From: a virus | Reading direction: 5' to 3' (one strand) | IMG/VR virus record: IMGVR_UViG_3300045988_049214 | DNA: 43,579 nucleotides | In this document: one piece after another, positions 1 through 7,628 of the stretch | How positions within the stretch are numbered: the first letter of the stretch is position 1 | Layout: the number at the start of each line of letters is the position of its first letter | Translations under genes and position numbers: made by a program | The notes under the pieces: model-generated | Database searches by the model: none | Told to the model about the DNA's origin: nothing | Seen by the model: the letters and a program-made list of their open reading frames with translations, nothing else

Positions 1-95
1 TGCGCAGATTGGGTCTTCCGGTGACTCTGCGCAGATTGGGTCTTCCGGTGACTCTGCGAAGATTGGGTCTTCCGGTGGCTCTGCGCAGATTTGTA
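1..95 (+). repeat. 27-nt in-frame tandem repeat (about 3.5 units of GCGCAGATTGGGTCTTCCGGTGACTCT and variants); nt 1-55 are identical to nt 43525-43579
   Basis: Direct reading: units at 2-28, 29-55 and 56-82 plus a degenerate unit. The same unit tiles 43403-43579. Confidence 0.95.
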
Positions 96-310
96 GCACA
101 GGAGAAGATTCCGTGATCTGCTGCGCTGGACATAATTCTATTGTTAAGGCAAAAAAAGGCAGTTGGATCACGCTTTCTGAATGGGAATATTCAGAAGAAA
201 AGAGCCGAGTTGTTCCGTTATGTGTCAAGACGGAATATGTGGACGGAGAGCAAATAAAAGCAGACACGTTCTATCGCCTTGTAAAAGGAGAATTCAAGGA
301 AGTTAACTAA
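2..310 (+). CDS. C-terminal part of the tandem-repeat protein whose 5' part is 43040-43579 (gene spans the circular junction)
   Basis: Frame is open from nt 2. It encodes AQIGSSGDS nonapeptide repeats and then a unique C-terminal domain; stop TAA at 308-310. The track ORF at 113 is only an internal GTG. Confidence 0.75.
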   Translation, partial: AQIGSSGDSAQIGSSGDSAKIGSSGGSAQICSTGEDSVICCAGHNSIVKAKKGSWITLSEWEYSEEKSRVVPLCVKTEYVDGEQIKADTFYRLVKGEFKEVN

Positions 311-395
311 TCAATACTGTCAAATGCATAAGACAGTGCATTTTAACATATCACAAATAAACGAGCTGCCAAATGGCAGCTCAGGAGGTGGTCTA

Positions 396-1337
396 ATGGA
401 TTTAGAACAAAAAGCGATAGAGAGGATACAAACAGCTTCAGAAATGAGTCTGAATTATTATAAAAAACCTCTTGTATGCACATATTCCGGTGGAAAAGAT
501 TCAGATGTGATGCTTGAATTGTTCAGGCGGTCTGGTGTTCCTTTCGAGGTGCATCACAGCCATACAACCGTAGATGCGCCGCAAACGGTCTATCATATTC
601 GAGACGTATTTAAAAAGCTGGAATCAGAAGGGATTAAATGTGAAATTTCGATGCCAAAATTGACAATGTGGCAGCTGATTGTGAAAAAGAAAATGCCACC
701 GACAAGATTAGCCAGATATTGCTGCGCGTACCTGAAAGAAAATGACTGCAAAAATAGAATGATTGCAACTGGCGTAAGGTGGGATGAAAGCAAAAACAGG
801 GCTAGTAGGGGAAGTTATGAGGTGATAATGAAAAATAAAGCCGACAGAGTTATTCTTTCCGATGATGACATGCCAGACATGCAAACGGAAAAAGATTTTA
901 AACAATTAACAATTCCGGGAGTGGGTTCTGATTTAATGCTGATGAATGATAATTCGAAAAAAAGAAGATTCATCGAACGGTGCGAAATGAAAGCGAAAAC
1001 CGTATGCAATCCAATTATAGATTGGAAAGATAAAGACATAAAAGATTACATTGAGTCAGAAAAAATTTGCATGAATCCGCTGTACCGCATGGGTTTTAAC
1101 AGATGTGGCTGCATTGGATGTCCGATGGCCGGAAAACATAGATATTTTGAATTTTCGATATTTCCGACGTACGAAAGAGCGTACAAAAGAGCATTCAACA
1201 AAATGCTTGATGTAATGAAAGCAGACGGCACAGGAAGAACGCCAAAATGGGGAAACGGTGAAGAGGTCTTTCTGTGGTGGATGGAAGATAAAAACATACC
1301 CGGACAGATGACGCTTGATGATTTTATCAAAGAGTAA
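396..1337 (+). CDS. Phosphoadenosine-phosphosulfate (PAPS) reductase family / PP-loop ATPase, DndC-like
   Basis: PP-loop motif YSGGKDS and a C-terminal Cys cluster (NRCGCIGCP). ATG 396 follows AGGAGG at 383-388; the track start at 324 lacks an RBS. Confidence 0.8.
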   Translation: MDLEQKAIERIQTASEMSLNYYKKPLVCTYSGGKDSDVMLELFRRSGVPFEVHHSHTTVDAPQTVYHIRDVFKKLESEGIKCEISMPKLTMWQLIVKKKMPPTRLARYCCAYLKENDCKNRMIATGVRWDESKNRASRGSYEVIMKNKADRVILSDDDMPDMQTEKDFKQLTIPGVGSDLMLMNDNSKKRRFIERCEMKAKTVCNPIIDWKDKDIKDYIESEKICMNPLYRMGFNRCGCIGCPMAGKHRYFEFSIFPTYERAYKRAFNKMLDVMKADGTGRTPKWGNGEEVFLWWMEDKNIPGQMTLDDFIKE

Positions 1338-1357
1338 TACAAGGCGAGGTGGAAGAG

Positions 1358-1693
1358 ATGAAAACTAAATGTCCAATATGTGATTATGAATTGAGAATGT
1401 GTCAGTGTTTATTCGCTGGTGATTGTCATCCAGACAGAACAAAAATCAGAGAAGTTGTACTTGATCACTTATATCTTTTGACAGATGAGCAAATTAAACA
1501 TATTCAGTATTTGGAAAAATATTGGAATATGTCGTATGCTGACGAAGAAAAAGAAGAGATTAAACGCAAGTTGGAAGAGATGAAAAATAAAGAAAAGTTT
1601 GCAAAAGAGATTGTAGAATGGGAAGATGTTCCACCTGTTCAGATGACACTGGATGATTTTATGAAAAATGTGACAGAACATCGATTGGAGTGA
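1358..1693 (+). CDS. Hypothetical Cys-rich protein (CPICDY...CQC); C-terminus repeats the QMTLDDF motif of the upstream protein
   Basis: ORF with an AGGCGAGG RBS; coiled, charged middle; shared C-terminal motif PVQMTLDDFMK versus PGQMTLDDFIK. Confidence 0.55.
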   Translation: MKTKCPICDYELRMCQCLFAGDCHPDRTKIREVVLDHLYLLTDEQIKHIQYLEKYWNMSYADEEKEEIKRKLEEMKNKEKFAKEIVEWEDVPPVQMTLDDFMKNVTEHRLE

Positions 1694-1698
1694 ATACA

Positions 1699-1935
1699 AT
1701 GATTATACACTTGAAGATCAATGAAGTGTGTGACTGCACCATCGGAGTCACGAAAAAAATGAAAGATGACATGATATCGTGTGAAAATGGGATTTCTGTC
1801 GAAAAATATCCTGATTGTAGAAAGTGTTCATGGGATCATGTCAAGATTGGAAATGAAGACCTTTGCATGGTTCATAGAATCAGAGCTGCCGTTTTGAATA
1901 ACGAAAGGAATGTTACATACTATGGTGAACAGTAA
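1699..1935 (+). CDS. Hypothetical small Cys-rich protein
   Basis: ORF with a GGAGTGA RBS before ATG 1699; tightly packed in the operon. Confidence 0.45.
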   Translation: MIIHLKINEVCDCTIGVTKKMKDDMISCENGISVEKYPDCRKCSWDHVKIGNEDLCMVHRIRAAVLNNERNVTYYGEQ

Positions 1936-2314
1936 ACAAAAAGGGGCCAGATTTGAGAGGGAATTGTCCAAAATCTTTCAAAGTTACGGCTATGAAAATG
2001 CAAGAAGGACAGCTCAATATTGCGGAAATACCGGAGATGCTTCTGATGTAATCGGCCTTCCTGGCATCCATGTCGAGGCAAAGATGCAGGAACGTATGAG
2101 GCTATATGACTGGATGGCTCAGGCCGAAAATGACGCCTCAAATAACCGCGTGAAGCCTCTCCCGGCAGTGTTTCATAAGCAAAGTCGAAAAGAAATTCTT
2201 GTGTCCATGCGATTAGACGACTGGATGAAGCTGTACGATGCGTACAGAGAGAAACTGAGACTGGGTGAAATGCCACTGTCTCCGATGCTTGAAAGGGGTG
2301 ATGCTGATGAGTGA
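1922..2314 (+). CDS. PD-(D/E)xK nuclease, Holliday-junction-resolvase-like (Hjc/RecU-type)
   Basis: N-terminal KGARFEREL motif, then D (ASDVIG) and E-x-K (VEAK) motifs typical of small resolvase-type nucleases. The start is uncertain (1910 or 1922). Confidence 0.55.
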   Translation: MVNSKQKGARFERELSKIFQSYGYENARRTAQYCGNTGDASDVIGLPGIHVEAKMQERMRLYDWMAQAENDASNNRVKPLPAVFHKQSRKEILVSMRLDDWMKLYDAYREKLRLGEMPLSPMLERGDADE

Positions 2315-3440
2315 TGTCAAGTGGATCAAGATTACAACAGACATCTTCGATGACGAGAAGATTCTCCTGATCGAGAGCTTGCCGGATGCTGATGCAATCA
2401 TTGTGATTTGGTTTAAATTGCTGTGCTTAGCCGGTAAGATGAATAATTCTGGCGTGTTCATGATGAACAACCGGATTGCCTTCACGGACAAGATGTTGGC
2501 AACGATATTCCGGCGTAAGGAATCGACTGTTCAGTTAGCTTTGAGTACCTTCGCAGCATACGGAATGATTGAGGTTATTGACGATGTAATCACCATTCCG
2601 AACTGGGGAAAACATCAGAATTTAGACAGCATTGAAAGCAAAAATGAGTACATGCGAGAGTATATGAAGGAGTACCGGAAGAAACAAAAGAAACTTACTG
2701 GAAACAACAAGCTTTGTGAAAATGGGCTGTCGGTGAATGATTGGAAGGCTGTGCTTGATTATTTCAATCACAAATGTGCATATTGTGGTTCAAAAGAGGA
2801 TTTGGAACAGGAACACATCGTACCGGTGAGCGACGGTGGCACATATGCCATCGGGAATATTGTTCCAGCTTGCAGAAAATGCAATGCAAGCAAGGGAAAT
2901 AAAAATCTTGATGACTGGTACAGAAATTCAGGGGTGTTTGATTCTGAAAGGCTCGAAAAACTGTATGAATACCGACGTAAAACTAACGTTAATGGTTTAC
3001 GTAAAACTAACGTTAGCTCCCTAGAAGAAGATATAGAACTAGAAGGAGATACAGAAGGAGAAAAAGAAAAGAATAATATAACTACAACTTGTAAACAAGT
3101 TGTTAGTATGTACCACAAAATTTGCATTTCGTACCCTTCTGTCAAGGTCATCAACGAAGATAGAAAGAAAGCTATCAAGGCACGATTGAAGACGTATAGC
3201 CTTGAAGACTTCAAAGCTTTGTTCGAGAAAGCAGAGGCATCGACCTTTTTGAAGGGCGGAAATGACCGGAATTGGTCAGCAGATTTTGACTGGCTCATTA
3301 AGGACTCAAGCATGGCGAAGGTGCTTGAAGGCAAGTATGACAACAGATCTGGGGGCAGAAATCAAGCACCGAACAAGACAGCACAGCAGTTAGATGATTT
3401 TTATGACATGGCTGCCAGATGGGCAGCAGAGGGGGAATGA
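2307..3440 (+). CDS. Phage replisome organizer / replication initiator with an internal HNH endonuclease domain and a conserved phage C-terminal domain
   Basis: N-terminus KWIKITTDIFDDEKI...WFKLLCLAGK is replisome-organizer-like. Middle segment CAYCG...EHIVP...CRKCNASKGNK is HNH. C-terminus NWSADFDWLIKD...VLEGKY is the conserved phage C-terminal domain. Confidence 0.75.
   Translation: MSDVKWIKITTDIFDDEKILLIESLPDADAIIVIWFKLLCLAGKMNNSGVFMMNNRIAFTDKMLATIFRRKESTVQLALSTFAAYGMIEVIDDVITIPNWGKHQNLDSIESKNEYMREYMKEYRKKQKKLTGNNKLCENGLSVNDWKAVLDYFNHKCAYCGSKEDLEQEHIVPVSDGGTYAIGNIVPACRKCNASKGNKNLDDWYRNSGVFDSERLEKLYEYRRKTNVNGLRKTNVSSLEEDIELEGDTEGEKEKNNITTTCKQVVSMYHKICISYPSVKVINEDRKKAIKARLKTYSLEDFKALFEKAEASTFLKGGNDRNWSADFDWLIKDSSMAKVLEGKYDNRSGGRNQAPNKTAQQLDDFYDMAARWAAEGE
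2975..3015 (+). repeat. Two exact 17-nt direct repeats ACGTAAAACTAACGTTA (2975-2991, 2999-3015; period 24 nt), each ending in the palindrome TAACGTTA; iteron-like, candidate origin
   Basis: Direct reading. Located inside the replication-initiator gene and followed by a purine/AT-rich stretch (3016-3100). Confidence 0.6.
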
Positions 3441-3444
3441 AGAC

Positions 3445-4023
3445 ATGGACAAGAATGAATTCTCGATGTTCTCGATGGCATTAAAAACTTACTATCCGCG
3501 AGAAAACCTGTTGCCGAACACACAGGCCATGGAGCTGTGGTTTAAGCAGTTACAGGATATTCCGTACACGGTGGCAGAAACGGCACTGAACAAGTGGGTA
3601 GCTGTGAACAAGTGGTCGCCGTCGATTGCGGACATCCGGGCAGAGGCAGCAGAGATCAAGAACGGTGAGGCTCCTGACTGGGGCGAAGGCTGGGAGAGTG
3701 TGATCGCTGCCATCCGGCGATACGGCTCTTACCGGGTAGATGAGGCGATGGCGAGCTTTGATCCGGTAACCCGTAAGTGTGTTGAACGAATCGGGTTCTT
3801 AAACATCTGTCAATCGGAGAACATTGCTGCGGATCGGGCGAACTTCCGGACGCTGTACGAGCAACTGTCGGAGAAAGAGCAAAAAAATAAGCAGATGCCG
3901 AAGATGCTAAAGGCGTTGATTGAAAAAATACAGAGCGGAGAAATTGATGTTGACGCTCTTGAGACTCGTATGAGACAAATAGAGCGTCGAAATACAAAAG
4001 GCGATAAAATTATCGAGCATTAA
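3445..4023 (+). CDS. Replicative-helicase loader, SPP1 G39P-like
   Basis: N-terminus FSMFSMALKTYYPRE...ELWFKQLQDIPY...KW.PSIADIR resembles the G39P loader family. Sits directly after the replisome organizer; GAGGGGGA RBS. Confidence 0.6.
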   Translation: MDKNEFSMFSMALKTYYPRENLLPNTQAMELWFKQLQDIPYTVAETALNKWVAVNKWSPSIADIRAEAAEIKNGEAPDWGEGWESVIAAIRRYGSYRVDEAMASFDPVTRKCVERIGFLNICQSENIAADRANFRTLYEQLSEKEQKNKQMPKMLKALIEKIQSGEIDVDALETRMRQIERRNTKGDKIIEH

Positions 4024-4060
4024 AATAAAAAGCCTTAAAATGGCGAGTAGGAGGTATAAA

Positions 4061-4249
4061 ATGGATTTTAAATTACTTGTTACGACAAAAATGCTCATGG
4101 AGGTGTTATCAGCTGGCAAATCGTCAGCTGAGGTCGTCGGGGAAAAGGCGGAGGCGAAAGTCAGGGTGGGTTCCAGAGTTTTCTGGTATCTGCCGAAGAT
4201 TCAGAAATACCTTAAGGAGAACGCAAGTGATGATGGGAGGTTGAAATAA
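4061..4249 (+). CDS. Hypothetical small protein (possible HTH/excisionase-like)
   Basis: ATG 4061 preceded by TAGGAGGT; function not recognisable. Confidence 0.45.
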   Translation: MDFKLLVTTKMLMEVLSAGKSSAEVVGEKAEAKVRVGSRVFWYLPKIQKYLKENASDDGRLK

Positions 4250-4710
4250 TGCCGGCGGGATACAGTATCACAAACGATGAAAGAAAAAAGATTGTGCGAA
4301 TGCATGATGAGGGAATGAGATACACTGATATAGCCTGTGTGCTCGCTCTGAGCAAATCTAGCGTTTATAACATCTGCCGTGAGGAAACTTACAGGAGACA
4401 CAACAGAAACACTGTATTCAGCTATGAGGAGGCAAAAAAGGCGAATCAGGCAATTCACCCGGAGGATATCGACAAGCTGAAAAGAGAAACGTACATCGGC
4501 AGGACGGTAGTGATCAAACAAAAATCGTATGAAAGCGATGGCGTCCGTGCAACCGGTATGACGGGAATCGAGGAGAAAAGAGGGCGGGTGTGTGCCCTCT
4601 ATCGGGATTTCTTCGGTCTCATCATGGAAAATGGCGGATATCGGACGTCGGTGAGATGGGCTGACATGCTGAGCCACCATGCGGATTACGACATTGCTTT
4701 TGAGGGGTGA
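4249..4710 (+). CDS. HTH-domain protein (resolvase/IS30-type N-terminal HTH)
   Basis: ERKKIVRMHDEGMRYTDIACVLALSKSSVYNI is a typical HTH; GGGAGG RBS. Confidence 0.5.
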   Translation: MPAGYSITNDERKKIVRMHDEGMRYTDIACVLALSKSSVYNICREETYRRHNRNTVFSYEEAKKANQAIHPEDIDKLKRETYIGRTVVIKQKSYESDGVRATGMTGIEEKRGRVCALYRDFFGLIMENGGYRTSVRWADMLSHHADYDIAFEG

Positions 4711-4717
4711 CGGGGTT

Positions 4718-4870
4718 ATGGCGTGCAAGTTGGAATGTATCGGAAATGCAAGTGACAAACATCAATGTTGCATAATTTGCAATTGTAGAGACAAATGCAA
4801 CATATTATGCGACTGCATGGATGAATTCGAATTCGCAGAGGATTGCGACGAGTGGGAGGATGATGATTGA
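4718..4870 (+). CDS. Small Cys-rich acidic protein
   Basis: 50 aa with 11 Cys and an acidic tail; start is coupled to neighbouring genes. Confidence 0.4.
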   Translation: MACKLECIGNASDKHQCCIICNCRDKCNILCDCMDEFEFAEDCDEWEDDD

Positions 4871-5172
4871 TGCCGTACTATAAGAAGTATTATAAACCAC
4901 AGGTGATGGCGTGGATCAAGCATTTCAGAGATGGCAAGCAGCCTAAAACATTGCAGGAAGCTGTACACTACTATGCTGTTAAGTGTGCAATCCATGATAC
5001 TTTACAAATGGATGATGGCGTCGACAGAATGAGGTTGATTGAAATGTGCTACTTAAAAAAACGAAAAAGCATCATCGGAGCTGCCATGGAAGTCGGGGTA
5101 TCAGAACGAACGGCATACAATTGGTGTTCTGATTTCGCAAAAATTGTAGAAGAAAAAGCAGGATATGTATGA
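4870..5172 (+). CDS. Putative late-gene transcriptional regulator (RinA/ArpU-position, C-terminal HTH)
   Basis: Last gene before the packaging operon. HTH-like segment IIGAAMEVGVSERTAYNWCSDF; ATG overlaps the preceding TGA. Confidence 0.4.
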   Translation: MPYYKKYYKPQVMAWIKHFRDGKQPKTLQEAVHYYAVKCAIHDTLQMDDGVDRMRLIEMCYLKKRKSIIGAAMEVGVSERTAYNWCSDFAKIVEEKAGYV

Positions 5173-5174
5173 AG

Positions 5175-5194
5175 TTTGCAGTTACAGTAGAAAG
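5175..5194 (+). promoter_or_regulatory. Conserved intergenic motif, copy 1 (TTTGCAGTTACAGTAGAAAG)
   Basis: Near-identical 15-16-mers at 10498-10513 and 39276-39291, plus a split copy at 29033-29056. All lie at the heads of transcription units. Confidence 0.5.
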
Positions 5195-5410
5195 TGTTTT
5201 TGTAGAATGGAGCGTGGATGGATGTCTTTTGACATTTTGTTTTTCCTCCTTACGATTATGCTGGGTGCGTAAAATCAGCAGTAGCAGACCGGATTCGCCG
5301 GCATGGCTATCGCCTTGAGATAGGTTGCACACTGTTTCATATTATTTCCTTTCTGAAGGGCTGTTCCGCTTTGACGGGCGGCCCTAAAGTTGTCTTACGA
5401 GGTGATTTTC

Positions 5411-6310
5411 TTGGCGAGAGCTCCAAATGAAAAAGTCGATAAAGCAAAAAAGTTATATTTGAAGGGCGAGAAGTTAATTGATATCGCTAATGAGCTGGAG
5501 CTTCCGGAAGGCACCGTCAGAAGGTGGAAAAAAACGTATCAATGGGATAGCGAACGTTCGGAAAAGAATAGCGAACGTTCGGTTAAAACGTCCGTTAAGA
5601 AAAAGAAAACCGTTGCAAAAGAAGTTAAACAGGTCATGGAAAACACTGAATTAACCGATAAACAGAGGCTTTTCTGTCTGTATTACATTAAGTGCTTTAA
5701 TGCAACGAAGGCATATCAGAAAGCGTATGAATGTAGCTATGAAGTAGCAGCTTCGGCAAGTTATCGAATGTTGGACAATGTTGGAATTCGAAATGAAATT
5801 CAGCATCTTAAACAGAACCGTTATCAGCGAGAATTCCTTTCCGAAGCAGATATCTTTCAAAAGTACATGGATATCGCATTTGCGGATATCACGGATTATC
5901 TCGATTTCGGGACAGAGGAAGTTCCGGTCATGGCATTGTACGGTCCTGTAAAAATCAAAGACCCTGAGACGGGGGAGGAGAAAATGCTGACAAAGATAGT
6001 GAACACGGTATACTTCAAGTCTTCAAGTGAGGTGGATGGTTCTATTCTAGCTGAAGTCAAGCAAGGGAAAGATGGCGCTAGCATTAAGCTTTCCGACAGG
6101 ATGAAGGCTCTTGAATGGCTATCGAAGCATATGAATATAGCTACAGACGAACAGAAAGCAAGAATCGAACAGATTCACGCTCAGACGGAACTGCTTAAAG
6201 CAAAGGCTCAGGCGGACGACATTGAAGAGGCTGCCGACGATGGATTCTTAGAAGCACTGAAAGACACTGCAGCGAGCGACTGGGAGGACGGATCAAGTGA
6301 AGAGGATTAA
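5411..6310 (+). CDS. terS: Terminase small subunit (N-terminal HTH + Terminase_2-type domain)
   Basis: LTDKQRLFCLYYIKCFNATKAYQKAY is a classic small-terminase motif. TTG 5411 gives MARAPNEK... and follows GAGGTGA. Confidence 0.85.
   Translation: MARAPNEKVDKAKKLYLKGEKLIDIANELELPEGTVRRWKKTYQWDSERSEKNSERSVKTSVKKKKTVAKEVKQVMENTELTDKQRLFCLYYIKCFNATKAYQKAYECSYEVAASASYRMLDNVGIRNEIQHLKQNRYQREFLSEADIFQKYMDIAFADITDYLDFGTEEVPVMALYGPVKIKDPETGEEKMLTKIVNTVYFKSSSEVDGSILAEVKQGKDGASIKLSDRMKALEWLSKHMNIATDEQKARIEQIHAQTELLKAKAQADDIEEAADDGFLEALKDTAASDWEDGSSEED
5547..5582 (+). repeat. Two exact 15-nt direct repeats ATAGCGAACGTTCGG (5547-5561, 5568-5582; period 21 nt), each containing the 10-bp palindrome CGAACGTTCG; pac-site candidate
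   Basis: Direct reading, inside terS. A third partial AACGT copy lies at 5585-5590. Confidence 0.5.
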
Positions 6311-7619
6311 GCAATTCTTCAAATTCCAGCCATTCTCGAAAAAGCAGCGGATGATCTTGAACTGGTGGACGGATGGATCACCGGTAAGAGACTACGAAGG
6401 AATCATAGCAGACGGGGCGATTCGTTCTGGAAAGACGGTGTGCATGTCGCTGTCGTTCGTAATATGGGCGATGTCTACATTTAATGACCAGAATTTCGCA
6501 ACGTGCGGCAAGACGATCGGCTCCTTCCGGCGTAACGTTCTTTTCTGGCTGAAGCTGATGCTCAAGTCGAGAGGATATAGAGTTACAGATCACCGTGCGG
6601 ACAATCTTGTCGTAATATCCCGAGGGGATGTGGAGAATAACTTCTACGTCTTCGGCGGTAAGGATGAGAGATCACAGGATCTGATCCAGGGCATCACATT
6701 GGCCGGCGTGTTCTTCGATGAAGTGGCCCTGATGCCGGAATCTTTCGTCAATCAGGCGACCGGACGATGCTCTGTGGATGGCTCAAAGTATTGGTTTAAC
6801 TGCAATCCGGACGGTCCGAATCACTGGTTCAAAAAAAACTGGATAGACAACAGAAAAGCTAAGAGGCTGCTATATTTGCACTTCACGATGGACGATAACT
6901 TGAGCCTTACAGAGAAGATTAAGGCTAGATATCGAGCTATGTATGTAGGTATCTTCTATGCAAGATACATAGAGGGACGCTGGGCGATGGCAGAGGGTGC
7001 GATTTACGACATGTTTGACGAGAATGTGCATGTTATAGATCAGCTTCCGGAGCTGGATGGTCAATGGTACATATCGTGTGACTTCGGTATCCAGAACGCC
7101 ACTGTCTTTCTGTTGTGGAGACGTAAGAAGGGCACGAATACGTGGATATGCACGAATCAATACCGATACAGTGGACGAGAAAAGAAAGTACAGAAGTCGG
7201 TCAAACAGCTTATAGACGGCATGGAAGAAACGTTCGGGCTGAGTTCGGACGAATACGACACAGAAAAGATATGCCCTAGAAACATTATCGTAGATCCTTC
7301 TGCAAGTGCGCTAATCGTAGAGCTTAGACAGAGGGGATACAGTGTCAGGAAGGCGAAAAATGATGTCCTGAATGGTATCGCAGACGTACAAGTGATGCTT
7401 AAGGATGGCCGTCTGCTGTTCCTGAAACGATGCTGTAAGGAGACTATCGAGGAGATACAGGGGTACAGATGGGACGAAAAGAAAGCCGAGCGAGGAGAGG
7501 ATGCCCCGGTCAAAGAGGCCGACCATTCCTGTGATGCAATTCGATATTTCGTAAAAACAATGAAGCTTGTGAACAGAGATGACACGGAGGACGATAATGA
7601 ATATGAATTCTATCTATAG
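6297..7619 (+). CDS. terL: Terminase large subunit (PBSX/Terminase_3-like, headful type)
   Basis: Walker A DGAIRSGKT, a C-terminal nuclease-like region, and position after terS. Confidence 0.9.
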   Translation: MKRIKQFFKFQPFSKKQRMILNWWTDGSPVRDYEGIIADGAIRSGKTVCMSLSFVIWAMSTFNDQNFATCGKTIGSFRRNVLFWLKLMLKSRGYRVTDHRADNLVVISRGDVENNFYVFGGKDERSQDLIQGITLAGVFFDEVALMPESFVNQATGRCSVDGSKYWFNCNPDGPNHWFKKNWIDNRKAKRLLYLHFTMDDNLSLTEKIKARYRAMYVGIFYARYIEGRWAMAEGAIYDMFDENVHVIDQLPELDGQWYISCDFGIQNATVFLLWRRKKGTNTWICTNQYRYSGREKKVQKSVKQLIDGMEETFGLSSDEYDTEKICPRNIIVDPSASALIVELRQRGYSVRKAKNDVLNGIADVQVMLKDGRLLFLKRCCKETIEEIQGYRWDEKKAERGEDAPVKEADHSCDAIRYFVKTMKLVNRDDTEDDNEYEFYL

Positions 7620-7628
7620 AGGTGAGAT

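Noticed and set aside
1-95. Could the 27-nt repeats be a CRISPR array or physical terminal repeats (DTR/cos)?
   Set aside because: The units are contiguous with no spacers, are in-frame and are translated as nonapeptides. The 55-nt end identity equals a typical assembler k-mer overlap and lies inside a gene, so it is an assembly circularisation signature rather than a virion terminus.
5183-5236. 17-aa minus-strand micro-ORF with a strong AAGGAGGA RBS in the terS leader
   Set aside because: It is too short to evaluate and is antisense to the late leader. The RBS-like string may just be the complement of a pyrimidine tract. It is noted only as a curiosity.
5195-5410. Possible tRNA or structured ncRNA in the 238-nt terS leader
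   Set aside because: I could not fold a cloverleaf, because there is no T-loop GTTCRANYC with matching stems. There are only weak local hairpins, which is not enough evidence without a covariance search.
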